Positions 55,607 to 63,358 of a stretch of DNA of 63,358 bases are shown in pieces. The notes below the pieces were generated by a model that was not told the origin of the DNA, searched no databases, and worked only from the letters and a program-made list of their open reading frames with translations. Each line of letters opens with the position of its first letter. The stretch's first letter is position 1. This DNA is from a virus (lineage: Duplodnaviria > Caudoviricetes), in the IMG/VR virus record IMGVR_UViG_3300044728_000197, positions 1 to 63,358 of that record, one strand, 5' to 3'. A program made the translations under genes and the position numbers.

Positions 55607-56002
55607 TCACCCCTTCGCAGAGGTGTCGGCGTCTCCGTGCGGGACGTCCGACAGCTTGATCGGCTGCGTCACGTCCCAGGCGGTTGAAGAGGGCGCCGGC
55701 TCGGCGGCAGGCGACGAGACCGGAACCGGGGCGGCTTGGCGCGTGAATGACGCGCGCGGCGCGGCGCGCGGCGCGGGGGCGGGCGCTGCCTTCGGGGCGG
55801 GCGCTGCTGCGGCGGGAGCCGGCGCGGCCTTGGCCTTCAGGGGAGCGGCCGGCGCGGCGGTTGCCTCCTTCGCGTGCCCCTTGCGGAGGTAATGCTCGGC
55901 GTCGACCTCCGATGCTTGGAAGGTGTCGCCGGGCTTCAGGAATTTGTCGCCGTGCTGGATCTCGCGTGTCGCCTCGAGGTGGCGGGTTTGATAAGTGGCC
56001 AT
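55607..56002 (-). CDS. small head-associated protein with Pro/Ala linker
   Basis: LKPGDTFQASEVDAEHYLRKGHA. Confidence 0.6.
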   Translation of the reverse strand: MATYQTRHLEATREIQHGDKFLKPGDTFQASEVDAEHYLRKGHAKEATAAPAAPLKAKAAPAPAAAAPAPKAAPAPAPRAAPRASFTRQAAPVPVSSPAAEPAPSSTAWDVTQPIKLSDVPHGDADTSAKG

Positions 56003-56030
56003 GCGGATCGGCTCCGGGTTCGTTTACTTG

Positions 56031-56063
56031 GAAAAGAGCCCCGCCGGCTTGCGCTGGCGGGGC
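56031..56063 (-). terminator. rho-independent terminator after the capsid gene
   Basis: GCCCCGCCAGC-GCAA-GCCGGCGGGGC followed by TCTTTTC. Confidence 0.75.
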
Positions 56064-56090
56064 GAGTGGGACGACAAGAGCGAAAAACGA

Positions 56091-57515
56091 TCAGTAGGCA
56101 ATGTTCTCGAGCAGCGCGATCCCGAGGCTGTTCGGGCGTGCAGGAGACCAGTTGATGTACCGCTCGGCGCGGATGCCGACGAGGTTGTTCTGCCACAGGC
56201 TCACCAGCGAAACCGCACCAGCCGTCGGGGCGTCGTCCATCTGGACCGCCGCCTCCATCGACATGTCGAGCGAGACGCCGCCGTCGTCGGCCATGAGTAC
56301 CTCCGACTGCGTCACCAGCGCGATCTGCAGCTCGGCCGGCGAGCCGGAGGCGATCATCGCGTTGGAGATGATCACCGGCAGGCCCATGAAGGTGCCGCCG
56401 TTCAGCGAGATGCCCGGGAAGGCCGGCTCGTCGTTCGTGTTCAGCTTCATCGCCAGACGCAGGGCCACGGCCGCCGGCATGATCCAGACGGCGGTACCCG
56501 GATCGACGTCGGCGGTAAAGCCGGCCGCGACCATCATGGCGCGGATGTCGGTCTGGATCGCCGCGACGGTCGTGCCGCTCGACTGGACTCGCGGCGCGCC
56601 GTTCGTGATCGAGGCCGGGGAGACGTTGGCCACGCCCGAGTAGGCCGGGTCCATGAAGCGCTTGTCGAGGTAGGTGTTGATCCCCTTGACCATGTCGTCG
56701 CGCGCCAGTGTCTCGGCATTGGGCGAGGAGAAGCGCACCGCCTCATCGGTCAGGACGACGATGATCGCCGCCTTCGCGAAGCCGAGCGTTTTCGAGTCGT
56801 AGGTCTGCTTGCCCACCGGCTTCGGCAGGCCCTCGCCGACGAACGAGCCCGAGACGCCGGTCAGCTGGCGGCCCATGCGCGACATGAACGGGACGCGCTT
56901 GAGGTTCGTCAGGCGGCCGATGATCGACTTCGGGCGCAGGAGCTCGATGAACTCGCGCTCCATGTCGTTGTACTGCACCAGGGGGCCGACGAAGTCGGTG
57001 CTGGTCGTGGTGCCGAAGACGACCGCGGCCTTCTCGTGCAGCTCCTTCGTGCCGCCCATCGAGATTGCGGCCTGGAGGGCGTTGACGACGCGCGGCGTGT
57101 CCTTGTAGCGCGACTTCGCGATCTCCGCGGCCTGCATCACGTTGCCCTTCGCCTGGGCCATGGCCAGGGCGAAGCGCGTGAACTCGATGCCGGGAGCGTG
57201 GTTGCCGCTGACGCGGATCGTGCCGGCGTTGACGATGTCGACACCCTTCGTGCCGAGGTCGCCGGGGCCGTTCTGGCCAGCGTCGGGGTTGACGGTCGCG
57301 GCGCGCGCGAGCATCAGCTGCTCGGTCTGCTTCAGGACGGCGATGTGCTCCTTGACGGCCTTCGCCTCGGAGACGGCGCTCTGGCGGGCCTCCTCTTCGC
57401 TCTTGTCGAGCGTGCGGGCCTCGTCGATCGACTTCTGGACGATGTCGAGGGCGGAGCTTTCGAGGGCGTTGAGCTTCGCCTCGAATGCGGTGATCTGTTC
57501 GGATACGGTCTTCAT
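56091..57515 (-). CDS. major capsid protein (HK97 fold, N-terminal delta domain)
   Basis: Start MKTVSEQ with AAGGGA RBS; FIELLRP..II...FVGEG.PKP...LWQNNLVGIRAERYINW. Confidence 0.95.
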   Translation of the reverse strand: MKTVSEQITAFEAKLNALESSALDIVQKSIDEARTLDKSEEEARQSAVSEAKAVKEHIAVLKQTEQLMLARAATVNPDAGQNGPGDLGTKGVDIVNAGTIRVSGNHAPGIEFTRFALAMAQAKGNVMQAAEIAKSRYKDTPRVVNALQAAISMGGTKELHEKAAVVFGTTTSTDFVGPLVQYNDMEREFIELLRPKSIIGRLTNLKRVPFMSRMGRQLTGVSGSFVGEGLPKPVGKQTYDSKTLGFAKAAIIVVLTDEAVRFSSPNAETLARDDMVKGINTYLDKRFMDPAYSGVANVSPASITNGAPRVQSSGTTVAAIQTDIRAMMVAAGFTADVDPGTAVWIMPAAVALRLAMKLNTNDEPAFPGISLNGGTFMGLPVIISNAMIASGSPAELQIALVTQSEVLMADDGGVSLDMSMEAAVQMDDAPTAGAVSLVSLWQNNLVGIRAERYINWSPARPNSLGIALLENIAY

Positions 57516-57525
57516 GGAATTTCCC

Positions 57526-58122
57526 TTAGGTGTCGAGGTAGGAGACGCCGGGGAGGCGTCGGCTGCCCGCAACGGCGGGAAAGTCTTCGCGATCGAGGCG
57601 GACGATCGGCTGTGCCTTGGCGCCCAACGAGGCGCGGCGCAGTGCATCGTCCGCCGACTTGATCGCGGTGATGGAGCAGTCGGCATTCATGGGGATGGTC
57701 ACGGCCGAAAGCTCGTACCAGCCCCATTTCAGGATGTGGAAGGAGTCGGTGTCCTTGATCCGCGCCTGCTCAAGCGGCTGGAAGCCGATGGAGAGGCCGC
57801 GGACGAGGCCCGCCTTGATGTAGTCCCAAGCCCGGGCGAGGCGCTTCGCCAGTTCGCCGTCGCCCTCGACCTGGGCGATCTCGCCCTTGATCTCGATGCC
57901 GGTCGGCTTAACCGCAGCGGCGGTGACCCAGCCTATCGGATCGTGGGCGTCGTGCTGCCAGAGGAGAGGAATCGGGAGCGTGAAGTCGGCGCCCTTGGGC
58001 TCGACGATGTCGCCACCGCGGTCGGTGTTCGGGGTCGAGGCGATGCCGGAGAAGGTGCGCTTGCCCGACGCGGCCGAGGAGACGTCCTTCAGTTCCAGCG
58101 TCGAATATGCGCGAACCAGCAT
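57526..58122 (-). CDS. prohead protease (HK97 family)
   Basis: FSGIASTP..DR.GDIVEP.GA...LLWQHD...PIG...GLSIGF...ELSAVTIPMN. Confidence 0.93.
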   Translation of the reverse strand: MLVRAYSTLELKDVSSAASGKRTFSGIASTPNTDRGGDIVEPKGADFTLPIPLLWQHDAHDPIGWVTAAAVKPTGIEIKGEIAQVEGDGELAKRLARAWDYIKAGLVRGLSIGFQPLEQARIKDTDSFHILKWGWYELSAVTIPMNADCSITAIKSADDALRRASLGAKAQPIVRLDREDFPAVAGSRRLPGVSYLDT

Positions 58123-58160
58123 GCCGTCGCCTCCCTTATTCATCGCGACGGGCCGAATTC

Positions 58161-59855
58161 TCACATGAAGAAGAACGAAACGCCCTGTTTTCTGGCTGCG
58201 GGGTTCATCGCCATCAGCGAAATTGCGTCAAAAGTAGCCATGAGCGGGTCGATCTTGGCGCTGCCCGAGCGCTGCTTCGTGACGCTGATCGCGTTCCCGA
58301 CCATGTTCGTGCGCGCGTTGCCGACGCTCCAGGCCATCAGCCGCGAGCCGCTGTGCAGCAGCTCGCCGCCGGCGACTTTCCGCTCGGTCGTCTTGATCGC
58401 CGCGTTCAGCTTCCAGCCCTGCGAGATGGCGACGATCTGCTTCTCGTCGAACTTCCGGGCCGGGTCGAAAAGGGCGTCGACGATGTCGCCGATGCCGACG
58501 GCGTCGACGCCGATCGCGTTCTCGTCCGGCAGGAGTCCCGACTCGCGGACCTGGCAGCAGATGTCGGCGACCTCCTCGACGTCCTGCCCGACGCGCTCGA
58601 CCAGTGTCAGGTCGCCGTCGCGCTGGAAGTCGAGCAGCTGCGCCGCGATCTCGCCGCGGCGCTGCAGCACGATCGGGTGCGCCCAGGCATGCGCCCAGAG
58701 CAGCCAGCGCCGCGTCTCGCGCTCCCGGCCCAGGACGGCCACGCCGAGCAGGTCGTCCAGCCCTCCACCGTCGATCCCGACCACGGCGACCTCGCAGCGC
58801 GCGAGCATCGCAGCCAGGGAGCGGTCGGGCAGGGTCGCGTTCGCCGCGTCCTCCCAGAAGTCGGCGCCGGCCCACCGGCCTCCGTGCAGCGAGAGCCCGA
58901 TCTGCAGGTTGATGTGCTGCGACGCCCAGGCGATCAGCTCCTCCTGGCTCGTCTGCTCGGCGGTCCTCATGTCCTCGACCAGCCGGGGGATGCTGATCGA
59001 GCGCCCGGCGTTCGGCGTGACCATCGCCCAGTTGGCCGGATCGCGCCAGCGCACCGGATCCTTCTGGATCGCCTCGGGCAGCTCGTAGAGCACCGGCAGC
59101 ATCGCCCCCTGCTGCCTGCCGTCCCGGATCGCCCGGGCCTTCTCGAGCTCGGCGCCGAAGACGCCCGAGGGCGGCTCCTCGCTCTGGGTCGTGATGAAGG
59201 CGAGGAAGGCCTCGGGGAAGGGCAGCATGCCGCCGCGCATCTGCCGGACGGCGCTGGCCGCCTTGCCCATCTTGGCGATCACGTGCAGCTCGTCGATCAG
59301 GGCGCCGCCGCTGATCTTCTGGCCCGTGACGACCGCCGGGTCGAAGGTCATGATCTGCAGCTCGGCGTTCGTCTGCCGGTGCGTGATCGTCTTCAGGTGG
59401 TCGCGGACGTGGAATTTCGCCGCCAACACCGGATCCAGCTTGATCGCGCCGGCCGCAGCCGAGAAGGCGAGCTCGGCGACGTCCTGGACCGGCGCGGTCA
59501 TGATGAAGCTGGCGTTCGGCCGCTCGTTCAGGAGCAGCGCCGTCAGCATCAGCAGGGCGCCGTTCGTCGTCTTGCTGTTCTTCTTCGGGACGAGGAGGAA
59601 GAGCTCGCGGATCGCGCGCTCGCGCGTCTTCGGGTCGAGCGAGCCGAAGAGGGCGCGGACGATGTCGCGGAACCAGTCGCCGGCCGCCTCGCCCATCGTC
59701 GGGGTTCCGGGGACGTCGGCCAGGCGCAGCTTGTTGAAGACCGCCACCGCTCGAGCGCCGGCGAATTCGTCGATCGGCAGGGAGGAGGGGACGAGGGACT
59801 GCCCGGCCTGGAGCCGCGCCTCCCAATCCTTGCAGGAGAGGTCCCAGCCGCTCAA
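58161..59855 (-). CDS. terL: terminase large subunit
   Basis: TTG start overlapping the terS stop; VPKKNSKTT (Walker A), LIDELH (Walker B), GIDGGGLDDL, KIDPLMA. Confidence 0.95.
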   Translation of the reverse strand: MSGWDLSCKDWEARLQAGQSLVPSSLPIDEFAGARAVAVFNKLRLADVPGTPTMGEAAGDWFRDIVRALFGSLDPKTRERAIRELFLLVPKKNSKTTNGALLMLTALLLNERPNASFIMTAPVQDVAELAFSAAAGAIKLDPVLAAKFHVRDHLKTITHRQTNAELQIMTFDPAVVTGQKISGGALIDELHVIAKMGKAASAVRQMRGGMLPFPEAFLAFITTQSEEPPSGVFGAELEKARAIRDGRQQGAMLPVLYELPEAIQKDPVRWRDPANWAMVTPNAGRSISIPRLVEDMRTAEQTSQEELIAWASQHINLQIGLSLHGGRWAGADFWEDAANATLPDRSLAAMLARCEVAVVGIDGGGLDDLLGVAVLGRERETRRWLLWAHAWAHPIVLQRRGEIAAQLLDFQRDGDLTLVERVGQDVEEVADICCQVRESGLLPDENAIGVDAVGIGDIVDALFDPARKFDEKQIVAISQGWKLNAAIKTTERKVAGGELLHSGSRLMAWSVGNARTNMVGNAISVTKQRSGSAKIDPLMATFDAISLMAMNPAARKQGVSFFFM

Positions 59856-60292
59856 TTCAGCCGGCGCGGATCCGGCCCGAGCAGCGCCTCCCAGGTTGTC
59901 CCGACCTGGGCGGTGACGGCGTTGAGGTTCGCCTCCTCCTTCTTGCCCAGCCGCGGCGGCCGCTCCTCGACGAACGGCGGCGCAGCCTCGGCCTCGCGCC
60001 AGCCCGCGCGCGTCTTGAGCCAGAAGATCGCTGCGGCGACGTTCGGCTTGCTCGAGCTGGTCGCCATCGAATAGAGGGAGGCGGCGACCTTGGCGTTCGC
60101 CTGATGGGCACCGGAGGCGAGCTCCTTCTTGTAGTGCTTGCGGAGCGTCGGGCCGGTCAGCCCGACGACCTGCGCGATCCCGTCCTGCGAGAGCCCGAGC
60201 CCCGCGAGGAGGGTGATCTGCTGGCGCATCTTCTCCGTCGGCTCGTGCTGCGGGCGACCGCCCTTGTTTCTTGCAGGGTCCTCGGAATTCAT
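59852..60292 (-). CDS. terS: terminase small subunit (HTH)
   Basis: GGRPQHEPT...GLSQDGIAQVVG...TLRKHY..EL...AAIFWLKTRAGWRE. Confidence 0.85.
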   Translation of the reverse strand: MNSEDPARNKGGRPQHEPTEKMRQQITLLAGLGLSQDGIAQVVGLTGPTLRKHYKKELASGAHQANAKVAASLYSMATSSSKPNVAAAIFWLKTRAGWREAEAAPPFVEERPPRLGKKEEANLNAVTAQVGTTWEALLGPDPRRLN

Positions 60293-60303
60293 GCGAAATT
60301 TCC

Positions 60304-60333
60304 CTTGCATGCAAGCGCAGTAGCAGGCAAACT
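60304..60333 (+). promoter_or_regulatory. second copy of the early promoter/operator
   Basis: TTGCAT-N17-CAAACT; 17 bp identical to 8067-8083. Confidence 0.65.
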
Positions 60334-60378
60334 GCCCCTCACTCGCTGCAAACCGCAGCGCCTACAGGAGAGCAGAGA

Positions 60379-60642
60379 ATGAGCCAAGCCCGCACGAAGA
60401 TCGAGATCGACGACAGCCCCTTCGTCCGCTCGCACATGAAGGGTCCGAAGGGCTACGGCTCCTGGGCCTTCTCGCTGGAGCGCAACCCGCGCGACGTCTG
60501 CAAGGACGTGGTCTTCACGCCCGCCATGACGTACTCGGACGCGAAGGTCTGGATCAAGGCGTGGTTCCGCGACCAGCAGGCCGCAGGCCAGTTCCCGTCG
60601 CCCGGCAATCTGGGCTACGTCGAAATCTACGCTCAGCCCTGA
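60379..60642 (+). CDS. hypothetical protein
   Basis: AGGAG RBS; SHMKGPKGYGSWAF. Confidence 0.7.
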   Translation: MSQARTKIEIDDSPFVRSHMKGPKGYGSWAFSLERNPRDVCKDVVFTPAMTYSDAKVWIKAWFRDQQAAGQFPSPGNLGYVEIYAQP

Positions 60643-60790
60643 GCCATGAGCCTCGGCCGCCATAGCTACGGGAACGTCCGGCGCCGCCGCTACGGCATCT
60701 TTTGGCGTGACTGGCGCGTCTGCTGCGGGCAGCAGCGCGCGCATGCGGGGCGCTGGATTTTTTTCCGGCGCGACTACTCGGAGGCGACGG

Positions 60791-61033
60791 ATGCCTGAGA
60801 CCAAGCTCTCCCAGATCAAGCGCCTCCTCGCCGCAGGCGACGTCCAGGGCGCGATCCGCATCGCCGCCCGCTTCCCCGACCTCGGCGCCGAGCGGGCCGC
60901 GATCCTCGACGCGCACAGCGCCTTCACGAACCCGGCATTCCTGCGCCAGATCGGCAAGGATCCGGAGGCACTGAAGGCGCTCGGCGTCGCGGCGCTGCAT
61001 CGCCGGTATCCCGAGCGCGCGCCTGCCGCCTGA
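60791..61033 (+). CDS. hypothetical protein
   Basis: GGAGG RBS; TKLSQIK..LAAGD...AARFPDLG...NPAFLRQIGKDP. Confidence 0.65.
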   Translation: MPETKLSQIKRLLAAGDVQGAIRIAARFPDLGAERAAILDAHSAFTNPAFLRQIGKDPEALKALGVAALHRRYPERAPAA

Positions 61034-61036
61034 CGC

Positions 61037-61750
61037 TCAGGCGCCCACATTCCAGAGGAGCGCGCCGTCGCTGGCGTGCCGGCTTGCGAACTGCCAGACC
61101 TTCGCGTCGTAGTTATCGCAGCTCGGAAAGGGCGGCGGCTCGCGCGCAGGCTCCTCGTATCGCTCTGGCGCGCTCCACAGCCTCGCGCGGCCGATGCTCG
61201 GCGCGGCGCCGACGCGGACAGCGTGGAACTCGGCATCCGGCCAGGCGATCTGCAGCCCTCGGATGAGGGCGCCGCTGCCGGCGCAGGCCCAGACCTCGCG
61301 CGGCGGATCGGCGATCGCCCGTGCCGCGGCGGCGAAGTGCTCGAGCGCCTCGGGAACATCGGCGCCCCAGGGGATGAGATGCGCGCCGCGTTCGGCGCAG
61401 AAGAGCCGCGCGCGCGCCTGCACGACGTTGAGCCGGCCGAAGGGAACCTGGAAGACGATCGCGCCGGCGGCCTTGGCTGCCAGGGTTCGGGGATGCGGCG
61501 CGGCGCGCTTGGCCACGAAGACGACTGCCTGGCGCCCCGCCATCCGGCAGCTGTGCGCCAGCGCGATCTGCGCGTAGCCCTGGGCCGGCGATGCGTAGGC
61601 AATCTCGCGCGCGTCGAGCTCGCGGACGAGCGGCAGCAGGTAGCGCATCTTCGAGCCGCCGGGCAGGAGGTCGTCGCGGACGACGCGGAATCGGCCGATG
61701 CGCTCGACGACAGGGGCTGCCAGATCACAGCCGCTCGCCGTATCGCTCAT
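61037..61750 (-). CDS. PLP-dependent enzyme (PALP, fold type II)
   Basis: VVRDDLLPGGSKMR (PLP lysine), ACAGSG phosphate-binding loop, YDAK. Confidence 0.8.
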   Translation of the reverse strand: MSDTASGCDLAAPVVERIGRFRVVRDDLLPGGSKMRYLLPLVRELDAREIAYASPAQGYAQIALAHSCRMAGRQAVVFVAKRAAPHPRTLAAKAAGAIVFQVPFGRLNVVQARARLFCAERGAHLIPWGADVPEALEHFAAAARAIADPPREVWACAGSGALIRGLQIAWPDAEFHAVRVGAAPSIGRARLWSAPERYEEPAREPPPFPSCDNYDAKVWQFASRHASDGALLWNVGA

Positions 61751-63311
61751 CGTCGCCCGCCTCCGGCTCAGGCTCGGCGGGATCGCGCGCGGCGTCGAGC
61801 AGCGCCTCGTCGACCTCGACAGTGCCGCAGGCAGCCACGGCCCTCTTCGCATCGCCCTTCAAGAATACGAGGACATTTTGATGGGTCTTCCCGAGCTTCC
61901 GGGAGGCCGAGAACTGCTTCCCGGCCCGGATCGGGAGGCTGCCGGCGGCGGTGATCAGGATCGCCTCGTTGTAGAACTCGAGCCCGGCGTCGCGGAAGGC
62001 CTGGACGGTGTCGCCGACAAAATCGACGTACATCCCGCGGCGATCGCGGACCTCGCCGACGACGAAGCAGGCGAAGCGATCCGGGCGGAGCAGCGAGCAG
62101 GCGGCGCGGATGCACTCGGAATAGGCGCGCCGGAATTCGGCGTAGGGCATCGTCGAGAGGTCGTCCGGGTGGTCGGAGTAGACCTCGAGATCGGCGTAGG
62201 GCGGGCAGCTGAAGATCATGTCCGCCAGCGGCTCGGGCCCCTTGCCGACGAGCTCGACGGCCCGGCGGCTGTCGCCCTCGATCCAGCAGGCGCGCGGAGC
62301 GTCCTCGCCCAGGATCGAGATCGCCTGGGCGCGGTTCGCCTCGAGTTGGCGGCCGGAGAGATCGATCCCGAGGTAATGCCGCCCGAGCCTGGCGGCGACG
62401 ATGCCGCGGACGGACCCGCCGGCGAAGGGGTCCAGGACCTGCCCGGCCGGCGGCGAGAACCAGCGGTAGGCGATCTCGCAGAGGACCGGGTCGAAGATCG
62501 AGGTGCCTGTCGGCGCGCCGTAGTTCAGCGAGCCATCCGCGTTCTGCGAGACCGTCGGCCCGTGCTGGGTGTGCATGCCGAGCATCTTCCCGGACCGCTC
62601 GCCGGCGACCTTAAGCGCCTCCTGCTCGATCGCCGCGTCGTCCAGGCCGCGCGCGCGCTGCTCGCGGATGAAGACCAGGACCTCGGAGTAGTGCCGATTC
62701 AGCAGGACGGACAGCCTGTCCGGCAGACTGCGCCCGATCAGGGTGCCGTCCCGGCCGACCTCGCTCTGGATCCCGAGCGCCAGCCATGCCTGCTTGCGCT
62801 CCTGCCACCAGCCCTCCCGGGCATTGAGCACGGAGAAGGGCGCCACCATGAACTTCTCGGCTAGGCTGCCCGCGCCGCCCTGGCCTGCGGCCGGCGCGTC
62901 GGCCATCAGCGCCTCGAGCCCCTCGCCGAAGCCGAGGAGCGTCATGTCGAAGTCGATAGCGTCGAGCGCGCGCAGCCCGGCCTTCAGGATGACCTCGTCC
63001 CAGCCGGCCGTCAGGGCGCTCTGGTTGTCGGCGACGACCAGCGCCCACTTTTCCTCCGGCGATAGACCCTCGATCGTCAGCGTCGGGACCTCGGCGTCTC
63101 CCCGCTTCAATGCCGTCAGCTTCCGCCCATGACCCGCCAGGATCATCCCGTCCTCATCGATGAGAAGGGGGTTCGTCCAGCCGTAGGTCTCGATCAGCCC
63201 GTCCAGCAGCTCGATCTGCTCCGGCGAATGGGTCCGCGGGTTCTCGGGATGCGGCCGGAGATCGGCCACGCTGCGCCAGACGATCTCGCGGCGCTCGGCG
63301 ACTTCAGCCAC
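61725..63311 (-). CDS. ParB/Srx-domain DNA amino-methyltransferase fusion
   Basis: N-terminal NPRTHS...GWTNPLLID...ILAGHGR...ADN; C-terminal VLDPFAGGSVRG (motif I) and FSCPPY (motif IV). Confidence 0.88.
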   Translation of the reverse strand: MAEVAERREIVWRSVADLRPHPENPRTHSPEQIELLDGLIETYGWTNPLLIDEDGMILAGHGRKLTALKRGDAEVPTLTIEGLSPEEKWALVVADNQSALTAGWDEVILKAGLRALDAIDFDMTLLGFGEGLEALMADAPAAGQGGAGSLAEKFMVAPFSVLNAREGWWQERKQAWLALGIQSEVGRDGTLIGRSLPDRLSVLLNRHYSEVLVFIREQRARGLDDAAIEQEALKVAGERSGKMLGMHTQHGPTVSQNADGSLNYGAPTGTSIFDPVLCEIAYRWFSPPAGQVLDPFAGGSVRGIVAARLGRHYLGIDLSGRQLEANRAQAISILGEDAPRACWIEGDSRRAVELVGKGPEPLADMIFSCPPYADLEVYSDHPDDLSTMPYAEFRRAYSECIRAACSLLRPDRFACFVVGEVRDRRGMYVDFVGDTVQAFRDAGLEFYNEAILITAAGSLPIRAGKQFSASRKLGKTHQNVLVFLKGDAKRAVAACGTVEVDEALLDAARDPAEPEPEAGDDERYGERL

Positions 63312-63358
63312 TTAGGGGCTCCTCATACGCGCGAGCGCAAAAAAAACCCGCGAATGCG

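Larger units (their letters stand above)
1..63358. mobile_element. Tailed dsDNA bacteriophage genome (HK97-fold head, siphovirus-type tail), probably complete
   Basis: Terminase, portal, protease, capsid, neck, tail, lysis, replication and recombination modules are all present. No host housekeeping genes. Both ends fall in the HNH-to-packaging intergenic region. Confidence 0.95.

Noticed and set aside
57516-57686. Capsid frame open into the protease gene (possible protease-capsid fusion)
   Set aside because: The protease has its own stop and the capsid gene has a good RBS and ATG at 57515. No recoding signal was seen.
57142-60074. Long plus-strand ORFs of 648 and 655 aa, and similar ones such as 17174-18775 and 55995-57662
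   Set aside because: These are antisense shadows of real genes, expected from high-GC codon bias, and carry no recognisable motifs.
59856-60314. Open terL frame across terS, suggesting a frameshift fusion
   Set aside because: The extension looks like GC-rich off-frame sequence, no slippery site was seen, and a TTG start overlapping the terS stop explains terL.
62880-63311. ParB domain as evidence for a plasmid prophage
   Set aside because: It is the ParB/Srx N-terminal domain fused to an MTase. No ParA, HTH or parS array was seen.

Overview
The window is a high-GC (roughly 68-70%, judged by eye) tailed dsDNA phage genome with an HK97-type head and a non-contractile tail. It is apparently complete and linearised at or near a cos site lying between the packaging HNH gene (107-448) and the ParB-methyltransferase gene (ends 63311). 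The host is probably a betaproteobacterium (inferred from GC content and pilin type). Layout: (i) 7988->107 (-) cro, a structured RNA, O/P-like replication genes, an HNH-pilin fusion, NinG, a C5 methyltransferase and the packaging HNH; (ii) 8131->21588 (+) an early block of small genes, a RecT-like recombinase, YqaJ exonuclease, NinB and a Zn-ribbon regulator; (iii) 63311->21694 (-) ParB-MTase, a PLP enzyme, terminase, protease, capsid, portal, a ~13 kb glycosyltransferase/hydroxylase/collagen/giant-repeat island, neck, tail and lysis genes. I found no integrase, CI repressor, tRNA or CRISPR array. The most unusual elements are: an HNH homing endonuclease fused in frame, in place of the leader, to a complete type IVa major pilin with an intact G|FTLIE cleavage site; a 42-aa double-glycine-leader peptide with a repeated GQIDW core that is not a separate entry in the ORF track; a putative virion hydroxylation/glycosylation island; a C5 MTase whose motif IX lies in an overlapping reading frame; and a c4-like cloverleaf RNA. 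All functional calls come from motif recognition by eye. No database searches were run.
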